A stretch of 64,000 nucleotides of DNA from positions 9,320 to 73,319 of the forward strand of contig MQRK01186363.1 in the NCBI GenBank assembly GCA_001938485.1, written 5' to 3'. Both the position numbers and the translations under genes were made by a program. Below the pieces are notes generated by a model, which did no database searches, was not told the origin of the DNA, and saw nothing but the letters and a program-made list of their open reading frames with translations. Position 1 is the stretch's first letter. The number at the start of each line of letters is the position of its first letter. Shown here piece by piece: positions 49,297-61,790 of the stretch. This DNA is from Girardia tigrina (lineage: Eukaryota).

Positions 49297-50908
49297 GCAT
49301 TCTCAAGAAGCAACTCCAACCTCAAATCGAGACCAGAACTTGTCCGGTTATATTCATTTAACATGTTTGCTTCTGAATTTCAAGTTAAATTCATATTTAT
49401 ATTTTTAGTTATTATCTTTATTTATTTTCGAAATATCTCTGCCAAAAAACAGTCTTTCAACTTTGAGTCAAATTATTTTTTATTATTCAAAGTCATTAAA
49501 AAACTTAAAATTGTTTGATAATTTTAAATGACATTTCGCTGAATTGGTATAGCCTTTTTATTGCTGTTTACTTTTTTATAAAAATGAAATGATAAAAAAT
49601 AATAAAATAATTAAATCAGTTGTTATTATTTGAGTTGTTCGTAAAATATAATTTAAATTTTTAAAAAAAAACTTACTGATTTTTGTTTCGAAAAATTTGA
49701 AATATTTTATGGCTAATTATTCTTTGACGAGCGTTAAAAAGTCTTTTGACACTGATTATTTATTTTTGTTCGAGAATTAAAAATCGATTTCAAAATTTGG
49801 TACTGGTTTAATGATTTTTTTTTCTGAATAACTGATTTTTAAATGAAAGAAACTATCACGAAATAATTTTTTTATGGGTCGAATTTTATTCAAATATCAA
49901 ATTATTGAAATTACTAGATTTCTCTTTATTTTTTTATTTCCGAATATCGAATTTTTTTAAGAAAAATTTGAGAAAGAATATTGAGAAAGACTTTGCTACT
50001 ACCGGTAAGTCTCTGAGATAACCTAAAGACTACAGGAACAATGACCAGTATTTTTACTATCATTTAATTGATTTTATATATAGAATGAGATTGTAATGAC
50101 CAATTTTACTTTTATCTTCATCCACATCCTTATTTATATTATCTACGTAGTTTATATTATAAGCATAAGTTCATAGTTATTGTTCTACAGTTCGTTTCAT
50201 TCAACAACACCAGAATATGAAATTATCATCTTTATACATGGTTTCTCAATCCAATTTGACATTACATAATAAATAAAATATATTAAATGGTATTACGACT
50301 AAACATCGCGGACAATGCGCCGTGTCTCAAAAATACTCTAATAAAAACGGTACGTGTTAAAAAAATGATTAATATATTTGAATTTTACCTTGAATGACTA
50401 ATTAGGTAAACTAAATGAAATATTTTATCCAGAAATTCAAATAAATGATTTTTTAAAAAACATGAAAAAATATTTATTAATAATTTTGATTTGTGATATT
50501 AATATATTTTTCTTGAAAACAAAAATCCGTTTGACATATGATGGAACATTCCAATTTGTATTATTCGTCAATATAAAATCATGCTTGCAATAAATATTAT
50601 ATAAATAATAAAATTTTAAATTAAAATTTATTTATTTAATATTTTTTTATTTTATTTTCATTTGAAAATTTAATTTGATTTGATTTAAAAGGAAAAAAAT
50701 TGTTTCGAGCATGTGAAATCAGTAAACTAATAAAAAATTAAGCCATAAAATTTTTCTTTAATTTTTAATTTTAAATTGATTTGATTGGTTAAAAAACATA
50801 TCGTATGAAGAATAAATATTTATTAAAATTCCAAAATCAACATATACCATTTACAATTTCTTTCATCAAACTTCTTTCATGATTTCTTCATGAATTTTGA
50901 GATTATCT

Positions 50909-51116
50909 ATGAAAAAAATGATTTTTATTGGATTATTATTTCTACCCCTCAGTTTTCAGTACAATGTTGTCCATCCTGGACCTTGTTTGGACTATGGAAA
51001 AGGTTTTTGTGAAGAAAAAGTAGCCAACAGTTTCTGTCTTAAAAAGAAAAATAAATGTTATTGTTTACCACAATATGTTGATATAAAAGAATCGTTTGGG
51101 GTAGCATGTAAACCTT
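50909..51116 (+). CDS. Probable first coding exon of a host secreted or membrane Cys-rich (EB/EGF-like module) protein
   Basis: MKKMIFIGLLFLPLSFQ signal-like start, six Cys (CLDYGKGFC..NSFC..CYC..C), and a canonical GTAAGT donor at 51117 (phase 1). Downstream exons not identified. Confidence 0.72.
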
Positions 51117-52289
51117 GTAAGTAGGATTTATGATAAATAAAAAATAAAATAAATAATTTCTTTCTAGATCATATATAATTATAATATATATATTATTTTT
51201 TAAAAAAAATATTTTTAAAAATTTTAAATAATTAAACATGATTTAAAATTAAACTTATTTAATGATTAAAAAAAATTAAATTAATAATTAAAGTTGAAAA
51301 AAAATATATTTCTGCCAGAAAATAATCTCACTGGATTATTTTATAAAAGTAATTTGAAAAAAAAAACATTAATATAAATTAATTATAAATAAATGTATTT
51401 TTATTATTCCAAAAATTTTAATCTCCATTAAATTTTAATTCATTATTAAAAATTAAATGTTTTTTATGTTTTTAAAAAAATATAAAATTCTGAAAGATTT
51501 TGTTTGATTAAAAAATCAAAAAAATGTTTTCTATTGTCATTACAAATTTTAGTTTTTTTTCGAATTTTTTATAGATTTAATATTTTTTGTGGAAAAGAAA
51601 AATAAAACAGAAATTAAAAAAATTATTTCTCAGGGACATGAATATTTACATAAAAAAAGGTTGAAAATAGGTAAATAAAGACAAAACTTTTCCGTTTAAA
51701 AATAGTTGTCATTAAAAATAAAGCACGTTTTTGTCTGTAAAAAGCCCTATTTAATTGTTAATTAAAAGATAAAAATTATAATTTATATAAATATTAAAAA
51801 AGAATCTCTTCTGTTTCAAAGGATTAGTTTTTTGTTTTACAGACGGGCTTTGATTCACATTATGAGCAACAGTTCTATGAATTATTATTGTTAAGACATT
51901 ACAACCATTAAATTGATATTTAAAAGAGCAAAGCAAGGCTTTTTTAATTCTTAAAATCTTTAAATAAATTTAAATATTTTTTTAATTTTTATCCAAAGTT
52001 ATCTTGAAAAAAGTAAAATTTGAATTGTAAAATCTCCCAATAAAAACAAAAATATTTAAGTCAATAGACTTTACAAATTATATTTGTTGATGAAGAAGTA
52101 TAAAACTTCAAAACATGTTTAATAAGAAATTTCTTAAAAAAAGTTAACAAAATTATTTTTAAAACATCAAATTAGAGTTCATACGATTCTTTATATACCG
52201 GTAGATTGAAATATATTTTAATTTAAATATAATTTATAATTTTAATAAATAAATAAGAAAAAAGTATAATGTAAGGAAATTAATATAAA

Positions 52290-52680
52290 ATTCAATACAA
52301 GCCCGATTATTTGCTATCAGATTTCAAATGTCGATCAAAAACTGTTTTTCAAAAGAAATTCTTGTTGGATGCAAGTCATAACTTAATGTATTCGCCCTTC
52401 AAGTTCTATCTGATTTCATTGTTTGGTATAGTATACTTGCCCTTTAACTAACGTCAGAGAAAAGTTTTAATTCAGGACGTCTGGTTGCGCATTTGTGCAA
52501 ACCACGTGGACCCATTCACCGTTTAGGAAATTGATTTTTCAGACATTTCCTAACGTCTTCATGTTTCCCTTAATGATTCCATCCACCAACTTCGTACATG
52601 AACAAGTGATCTCAAAACTTCGTCACTTGCAGCTAATTAAGCACATTTCTGTGTTGTTATGGTAAAACCATTTTTGTAGA
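52290..52680 (-). mobile_element. Tc1/mariner (maT/rosa-like) internally deleted remnant
   Basis: HEDVRKCLKNQFPKR*MGPRG...RRPEL resembles VR.FL...FP.RWIGR...RSPDL. Confidence 0.55.
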
Positions 52681-52869
52681 GTTTTGTAATTTCATTTAAT
52701 TAAAATAAATCTATAAAACATATTTATAAAGAAAACGAGATGAAAAATGAAATTGTCACACATTAAGTAAGATACACACGAAAATTAGAAACATATTACG
52801 GAATATATATATATATATAACATTAAGATTTAATGGCAATTTATTTGTAAAAAATAAAAATAACAAACG

Positions 52870-53310
52870 CCATTTTAAAAGTTTTTTATTTCTCAAAACA
52901 TGTTTCGCCATTACGGTATCATCAGTTATGAAGTAATTTTCAAATTACAAGTCATTTATATGGCACATTGACTATTACGCATTTAATCTTTTTTTTTATT
53001 TTTTTTAATATTAAAAGATTTTAATATGATTGGATAATTCACTTTGAACATTTAAGCATGGTTTTAAAAGCTTTATTAATAATGCCTCAGTGACTATCCT
53101 CTCATGATATGTGTCAAAATTTTTCTTCAAAACTGTAAATTCAGTTTCATAGTTAACTTTATCTCTATTTCTGCATTTTTTAATGTGATCTAGAATATAT
53201 ATATATATATATTGGAGAGACTGTCCGTCATCTCTGTAAACGAATTCAAGAACATGGTCTAAAAAAGGGTAAGAGTAATATTGCAGAACATAGGAAAAAT
53301 GTAAATGTGA
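52870..53310. mobile_element. Penelope-like element fragments (GIY-YIG C-terminus on minus, IGET fragment on plus)
   Basis: Minus: ILDHIKKCRNRDKVNYETEFTVLKKNFDTYHERIVTEALLIK. Plus: IGETVRHLCKRIQEH...SNIAEH. Confidence 0.78.
52893..52929 (-). ncRNA. Minimal type I hammerhead ribozyme motif
   Basis: ATAA CTGATGA TACC GTAA TGGC GAAA CATG TT TTGA, downstream of a GIY-YIG C-terminus. Confidence 0.7.
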
Positions 53311-53563
53311 TGTTAATCGGCAGTCTCAACCAGCTGATTGAGAATTTTTGATTGGCATGATTTCATGCAATCGATTACATAATCATCATTTTTGTATTTA
53401 TATACAGGTGAATTGATTATTAATTAGTGACCTGAAGATGACGGTAGATCCGTTGTTTTTAAAAGAAAATTATCATCCGGGTTTCGTTTTATCAATATCA
53501 TGAATTTTAAAATATTAAATTGTTATTCAAAGGATGTTTCTTCTGTTTACACTATGTAAAATC

Positions 53564-53565
<2 letters not shown>

Positions 53566-53613
<48 letters not shown>

Positions 53614-53686
53614 CTANNNNNNNNNNNNNNNNNNNNNNNNNNNNNNNNNNNNNNNNNNNNNNNNNNTATATATATATATATATATA
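53566..53686. repeat. (TA)n microsatellite spanning a 50-N assembly gap (53617-53666)
   Basis: Direct observation. Other (TA)n tracts lie near 16041, 16262, 19560, 20990, 26216, 39899 and 57562. Confidence 0.95.
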
Positions 53687-54059
53687 TTTCTAAATAAAAA
53701 ATATTAAAACCGAATTTTTCAAAAAGGGAAAATTTTCTGAAACACCAAATTTATAAACAGTAAATAATTAATAACATTTCATTTACAATAAAAGCAGTTA
53801 AGTCATTCATTTATCAATTAAATGAAGCCTCGGGGATTACTTAAAAATTTTATAACTAGCTTTTCAATTTGAACAAATCTCTATTTAAACAAATTGTAAA
53901 TTGAATTGAAATTGTCACAAAACAATAAATTTTAACTTTTTTCTATTTTCAAATAATTTTCTAACTGGTATGATAAATGAAAAGCAACAAATTCGTCCGA
54001 TTCTTTCATCGAACGTTAGAAAAATATTATTTTAATGTATACATAAAGATGTAAAAATA

Positions 54060-54942
54060 TATTTCGAAAATATCAAATTAATTTATTACCTTTCCGTTAG
54101 TTTATTCAAGGATAAAATTATTTAGTGAACTAAAACAATATTATATTACTTTTTCTATGTACTGTGGAATATGCTATTTTCGGTTATATTACTTTTATTA
54201 TATTATCATATTACTTTATAATTACTTTATTATAATTATATTACTTTTTCTAAGTACTTTGAATATGTTATTTTTCGGTAACCTAAACCCAAACCTTACC
54301 CTTACTTAATCTCACAAAACTTAAAAATATGTTTAGTAATAAAACTCCTAATCCTTTGAGTTTTTGCTGCAATCTTGTTTATCAATTTTAATGTAATGGT
54401 GTAATGTCACATACAATGGAGACACTACTAGTAATATATACCATTTCAAAATAATGTGAAGTAATTTTTAAAATAATCAGGAGATGGTCTATTGATCATC
54501 AAATCACTTGATGTTTAAAGAAGTTTCTCTACCACTGTTGAAATTATTTAATTATTTATTATGTAAGTTTATTACGTGACAATTATTTATATACATATAA
54601 GATCGTACAAATGTTCAAACCCAACGAAACAAAACTCGGAAAAAAAATAAAATTTTAAATTAATACATTTTTCAGACTCAAATGATTTTGATTATTTAAT
54701 ATTTCTAAAATATCGAATTAATTTATTACCTTTCCGTTAATATATTCAAGAAATACATTTTTTAGAGAACTAAAACAATATTATATTACTTTTTCTAAGT
54801 GCTTTGAATATGTTATTTTTCAGTAACCTAAACCCAAACCTTACCCTTACTTAATCTCACAAAACTTAAAAATATGTTTAGAAATAAAACTCATAATCCT
54901 TTGTGTTTTTGTTGCAATCTTGTTTATCAATTTTAATGTAAT
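54060..54942 (+). repeat. Local direct duplication of about 240 bp (54060-54396 and 54700-54942)
   Basis: Near-identical blocks including TAACCTAAACCCAAACCTTACCCTTAC. The first copy carries an extra internal duplication. Confidence 0.88.
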
Positions 54943-56630
54943 TGTAATTAATAATTACTTAATTAAACTTCTTTAACTTATGAAAGAAATAAAAAATATA
55001 AATCTATTATCAAATAACAATTTAAAAATTTTGCAATTACGACTTAATCTAAATGGAATTTAATTTAATTTTGTTTAATTATTAAAATCCACTAAGTACA
55101 AATAGTCTTTAAATTCATGTCTTTTATAAGTAGAAATAATTGCAGCAAGACTTTTAGATGATTGAACATACTTATATTTACTATCTGTAAGATCAGAAAT
55201 TTAACTAAATATATGATTAATATTTTGCTCTGACAAAACCTGTTCACGAAGGAAATGATCGATCACTGTGTAAATGATAGAAAGAGGTCAAGAAACAACG
55301 AGTGGCCACGTCGATTGCGTCTCTAGCGACTAATATAGTTATCTAACAAGTAATTATAAATATTCTCAAGACAGTCTGGTCTACTTTTTTTTGGAGAAAC
55401 ATAATGATTTTTGAGGAGAAACATAATTTTTGTATATAATTTAACTATTTATTAATAAAAACGGAACATATTTTCAAAACATTAAATTTGTATATTTATT
55501 AACAATAAGTTAGTAATTACCTAATTCGTGTTGCATGGAAATGTCGGTTTTGATATCGCGCTTTCATCGTACTTGAATCAGTCGGGGTACCCTCAATTAA
55601 AACCTATCAATAAACCGAACAAAGTACAAATCTAATGTACCATAGTTTTAAGAACCAAACAACCTCTATCAAATCTTTACTCATTTTCTAAATTATAAAA
55701 CAAACTTTTCTTTATTGTCTCGGTTAGAAATTAAAAATACTAGTAAAATTTTTGAAAGAAGGTTATATTAAATATGTAAAAATTAATATTTTTATATAAT
55801 TAAATATGTAACGTTTGAAAAAATAAAATTACTAAAATTTAGAAGATCAATTAAATTGCTAATAATAAAAATTTTTTGAGAGTTTTTAATGTAATATGAA
55901 AATTAAAATATATAATTTTTATATGTGGAACAATTTTAAAAAAAATTAATAAAATTAAATGAAACGAATTAACATTTTGATATGTTATCGTAATTTAACA
56001 TTGATTTATAAAAGTAATGAAAAAAAATCAAATGAATATTTATAAGTATTTTTATTTATATCGGTAATAATAATAATCGGTAATAATAAATAAATTTGTT
56101 TAAATATTAGATTTAAACATTTTTTGTGTGATATAATAAAAGTTTTGATGTCAGAAATATCTCATAGTAATAATTCCGACGATGTTCCAAGAACCTCTAA
56201 TAGTCTCCTTTATATCTGATTTTTATTTGCCAAGTCAAAAATTCATGAATATAGTTTTTGTTCAATACGTGTTATTCAAAAGAAATTAAACACAATTTCT
56301 TAAGCTTTGTAACTTTATTTCCATATAACAGGTGTTTTAAATCGAATTTAAAAAAAACATATTATAAATAACAAGTTTTTTATTTTACTATAAAATCTGA
56401 ATGATGCACCAATTATTAAAAACAAAAACAAACAAATTTATTATCAAAATGATTACAGAATTAAGTGGAGAGCTATTTGCGGTTTTCTAAAAAACAATCT
56501 AAAAATAAAAAAAAGATGTAAAAAATAATAACTTCTTGTCTTGACCTCCTACAACTATTCTTGATTTCCTCCCTCTCTTTGTTTTTTATTCTTAAATGTA
56601 ATTCATATAAAAATATATTTATATAACTTT

Positions 56631-57540
56631 TCAATTAATTCCAATGTCAATCGGGTTAATAAAACAAAAATTGTCAAAATTTTTACATAAAACACTAAAT
56701 TCCTTATCACTCCCTATATTTTCTCGATCCCTACAATTCAATATATGATTAAGAATGGAACTGTTTCGACTCGATTGAGTATGTTCAGCAATTCTAGTTC
56801 GAAGATGACGACTTGTCTCTCCAATGTACAAGGCTTCGCACTTGTGACATTTAAACTGATATACTATATTTGCCTGCACACTCAATGGAGTTTTGGATTT
56901 ATTAGAAAAGAAACCAGAAACTTTATTTGTGGTAAAAATTACCCTCAATTTAAAAATTGAAGGAGTTCTTTTCATTAATGAATTTTTGAAATCTTTTGCT
57001 CCCTCAGAAAATGGTATCTTTAAGGTAATGTTTAACAAATTCTCAGTGTTATTTGGAACTTCGATTATGTTGTGACTTTTATTATTTGATTTCCTAAATA
57101 TGGAGTCAATGGCATCTTTAATTAGCTTATTTACATAATTTTTACATAATTGTAGGGATCAAGAATTTAGTGTTTTATGTAAAAATTTTGACAATTGTTA
57201 ATTAAGCATTATAAACCATGCTTAAATGTTCAAAGTGATTCCTCAAATTATATTAAAATATTTTAATTCTTAGTTTTTTTGTCTTCTGTTTCTTTTAAGT
57301 TTTCTTCTTTTTTGTTTTTTTTTGAATAAAAAATGAAAATTTTGAATATTTATTTTTTAAAAGTTTTTTCTTGTTAATTTTTTTTTAAATTAAAGTAAAT
57401 AATAATAATAAAAACAGCTTTAAATTGAGTAGTATTGCGTAACAGTCTACCGCTATATAAAAAAAGGACTTAAATCTGAAATTTCAATTAGTCAACTGAA
57501 GATGCCAATATGGCGAAACTAGTATTGGAAATAAATTTTT
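56631..57540 (-). mobile_element. Penelope-like element: GIY-YIG endonuclease fragment with inverted pLTR
   Basis: IVYQFKCHKCEALYIGETSRHLRTRIAEH. 57150-57195 is an inverted copy of 56670-56735 and leads to a plus-strand hammerhead motif. Confidence 0.88.
57492..57528 (+). ncRNA. Minimal type I hammerhead ribozyme motif
   Basis: TCAA CTGAAGA TGCC AATA TGGC GAAA CTAG TA TTGG, followed by AATAAA. Confidence 0.8.
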
Positions 57541-57560
57541 GGAAAAATGGCTATTTTTTG

Positions 57561-57600
<40 letters not shown>

Positions 57601-60600
57601 TAATTATGTGTAATAAATAAAATAACTTTGTCCTAATATAAAAAAATGAAAGAAAAGCTAAAAAACGTTAATAAATTTTGGTTTTTTGATCGATCACATG
57701 GTGCACTTAAAATTTGAAGAGTTCTTCAGACGAATGAATACAAATGTTAACTAGAACAGACTTGATGTGGCGGAAGAACCATCAGTTCAATAAATCTCAA
57801 ATATATAAAATAAAATCCATTATAAAATTACTTATTAAAACAAAACAAACAAGATTTCACCAGACCCTAGGGACAAAAACAATAGCTTTACTTTTATATC
57901 AGCTTTAGTAATATTTAATAGTTGAAAATAAATTTATTAACTAAATATTTTTTTTATAATTTCGACTTCAAAAGTCGGTCTCTCAATAAACTATTTGTTT
58001 TTAAACCTTTCTTGATTTGTCTTTCATTCCGAAAACCTCATTTTTCAAAAGGTTTTACTCCTTTGATTATTTATTTTGAAAAAAAAACTATTGTCATCCA
58101 TTAATCTCAAGTTTTCCTGATAATTTTTTAAGAAACTGATTTGCATATTTAAACATATTTCTGAGAAATATTAATTATTATAATTAAAGATATTTGCCAA
58201 TTTTTATAAGCGAAGATCATTAAAAATTAAAAAAAAATATTTGTAATATTAAAATTCTATTAGTAAATATATTTTCGATTTTTTTGCTTAATAAATAAAA
58301 TAATTATGTCTCATTATAAAAAAAATTTGAAAAAAAACTAAAAAAACAAATTAAGTAATTTATTCCTAAAACTTTAAAAAAAAATTTCAGAATAGTACTT
58401 TTTCTTTGTATAAATTTAATTATTCGATTAAAAGTAATTAAAAATAATGCAGATTAAAGAAACGGTTGTATTAAAATATTACAACTATACAAAACATTAG
58501 TTCAATGATACCTGTGCTAAAATAAATAAAACATAAAATATAAAATCTCATTTTTCAAGCTTTCTAAATAGGAACTAAAGATTTTAATCATAGATAAAAT
58601 AGAATAATTATTATTTTAAATAAATAAAATAATGCCATTTAAAAGCAAAGTTAAAGAAATAACACTTCGACGTTTTACAGTTATTATAAAATCACTGATT
58701 TTGTGACTTTTACCCATTATAAATTTTAAATATTTATAGTTTAGAGAAAGGAAAAAAAATATTCGAAAGACAATTTTTGTAATTTTTATCAATTTTTGAT
58801 AGATAAGCTAGTATAGTAAATATTAAATGAAACATGATAAAAAATTACCAAACCACGGATTTTTTATAATATGTGATTGATCATGAAAACAATGATAAAT
58901 GTTTGTTTTTGAAAAATTAGCGGAATAATAAAATTTTGTGTTTTTTGCAGTTAATGTCATTTGTTATCGATTGATAAGAGAAAATATTGTGAAATGATTC
59001 TTGGTTAAATAATTCTAACAAGATCGCTTCTAATGTGCAAATCTTTTCAAATATCAGTATTTTATATTGTTTTGCGCTGAGCGATTTGAAACATCTGATT
59101 TGCGGAATCATTCACAAAAATTCGATTTGTCTCTGTAGCGGTATCGATTTATCAAATTGTTCCTATTACAATAATTTATGCGACAATTCCTCGAACACCC
59201 GATCCATCAACGGAGTTATCGCAATGGGCGAAGTCGATGCCATCTGGAAACAGGGTTTGGCGATTTTGAAAGAAGATTTGTTTTATTTGTACGAATCGAA
59301 AGGTTCGTTAATCGTTTACTCTTACTCAATAAACGCGGATAAAATTGATCATGATAATCGTTTTTGTTGCTCTGAAGGAGTCGGAGACTCGTTTATCTTT
59401 CTCAACATTGACATCAGCTCTTTTCTAAAATTTGAAGTGTGCAAATCTGATTTAGTTCACCTTGAAGGATGTATGCAAGCACATTACTGTGAAAAAATAT
59501 GTATGAGCTTTGAGCTTGAACTATTAGTCTAATAAATTGAAAATAAGTAAGTAAGAACACCGCCTGACAGATATTTAGCATGAGTATTACAAACGTTTTA
59601 CTAATTTCGGCCCTTTACTGTAGTGCATTATTACGCTGAATATATTCGTTACGAAAGGGCTCTAGATTGATATGTTATATCCTCCATGCATGACTAAAAT
59701 CTTTCCGGAATTGATCATAATCATGGCTTTTATATGATTGCATCAGTAGGGAACTTGTAAGTGGAACTTCCCATTAAATAAAATTACAAGAATTAATAAA
59801 CATTTACTTAGAGCAAATCATTGTCTTGTAACTTGCCATCATTTTCTTTGTACAGGAATCGAAATCATGGGTACACTTTAATTCCCAAACTCTGACTGTA
59901 AATCCAACTGACAACACATAATTTATGATTATTAATGGCGTAATTGTCATTCTACAGAAGATTAGTGGTAGCGATACGATTTTCTTGATTCTCATTTGTA
60001 AAAACCCGTGAAACTAAAATTCTAACTAGATTCAGTATGTCTTGTCTCTTAAAATTTGATTAATATTACCAAGATTAATGTCAGTAAGTTGTTCCGAAAT
60101 TTGGATAGATTATAATAATCTGCTATTAGCTGCTTCTCTCTCTAAACATTTATATTGTCGCTAGTCCTATGCGAGCCTCTTGGCTTGATAGTACCTCAAA
60201 AACCTTGCCGTTCAACACTTTAGAAATCTAACATTCAACGGTTGTATCGTGTATAATAAAAGTTCTTACTAAGTATTCGTTTTTATATTTTATGAATATT
60301 TTCCTTTCCACACGTGTTTTGAGATTATACAGAAACATAAAACTGTAATGTATATGTTGCTTCCATCTCAAACTACCATGAAGTTCATCTTATGAAGTAT
60401 TATAAAAAGTCAATAATACATATTAACTTAAGAAAATAAAATCGGTAATTCAAGTTATATTCTTTCCTTTCAATTCTCAAATTACCTCACAAATTATTAT
60501 TTATACGTAACCAAAAATTACCTGTGAGAATTATTTTAATTTTTTATGGATGTGGTGTGCTTAGTTGAATGTGCTGAAATTGGAATTGTAATTCTCAGAC

Positions 60601-61105
60601 AAAGTTGGAAGATTTGTGCTTTATTTGCGATAATTGATCATTCGTATAGAATTTAAATTTTTAAAATTAATGAAAATTTAATCATCTGTTAAAATTTAAA
60701 TTTAAAAAGTAATAATTTAGAGTAATTTATAATAGACCCACACCTCACTTTACAGCATAGATATGTTCCACAAAACTTGGCCGCAAATGCATTTTTAATG
60801 ATAAACCATGTTACATATTTTACAAATTTGAAACCGATCCCATTCAATTTGTATGAATTTGTATTAGAATATTTGATTCCTTATACGGCTTTTCTCTTGA
60901 CGGTCAAGTTTCGTGGAACGTATCTATGCCGTAAAGTGAGGTATTGTTGTATAAGTAATATCTTTCAAAAGCATATTTCATGTTTTAATTAAAGACAAAC
61001 TAAAGAGATTTGAAAATTTTTAAATTAGTTTAATTATTTTTTATAATTTTTTGAAATAATTTTAATTTAAATTATAATAAATTTTAAGAAAGTTGTTAGA
61101 ATAAT

Positions 61106-61790
61106 TGTGAGGAATATTTTAAATTGTTTGAATGTGTAAATGTATTGATGCGGTATGTTGATTTAAGGATGTTGAATTTAGAATGGTGATTCTCCCACCC
61201 AGATGGAAATTGGTATTTTTTATTTAAATTTAAAGTGATTGACTATTCGAACATAATTAAAATAATCATTTGATAAGTTTATATTTTTAATTTCAGAATT
61301 AAAATTAAGTTTAATAATTTTTAGTGAAATTTAAATTAAATGCATTTTTAATAATTTGATGACATTTTTATTATTTTTAGATTTATTTAAAAATGGTAAA
61401 AATTATTATTTTTTTAATTAATATTTTTAGAGGTTAAATATTTTTAAAAATAATTTAGAAAAATTGTTCGAATAATCATGATTAAAAACAGAATTAAGAA
61501 AACCAATTAGAAGGATGACAAACGATGAAAGACTTTCTGAGAGTCATAATGACTCTAAATGTAATTGTAATAAACATTCAAACGAGACTTGTTTAAATGT
61601 TCTTAATAATAATCATTATTAAAAATTCAGAAACAACACTAATTAGATCAATGACAAAATATTAACTTCTAAGAGTTGTGATGACTCTAAATGTTATATT
61701 AATAAATGTGTGAATAGTAATTGTATTTATGCTCTTCACATTAACTTATGGGAAGACATTTCTGACAACCTAGTTTATTTTTTGTGACCT
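61106..61790 (+). repeat. LTR copy (TGTGAGGA family) with a duplicated Cys-motif ORF remnant at 61515-61787
   Basis: TGTGAGGAATATT start and CTCCCACCCAGATGG motif. Frame reads MTNDERLSESHNDSKCNCNKHSNETC...*...*...SCDDSKCYINKCVNSNC. Confidence 0.75.

Noticed and set aside
49038-49364. 108-aa minus-strand ORF
   Set aside because: Antisense to the body of the 5S-headed repeat. Copy A has indels over the same region.
53581-53695. Duplicated (TA)n-TTTCTA on both sides of the gap
   Set aside because: Most likely overlapping contig ends rather than a real duplication.
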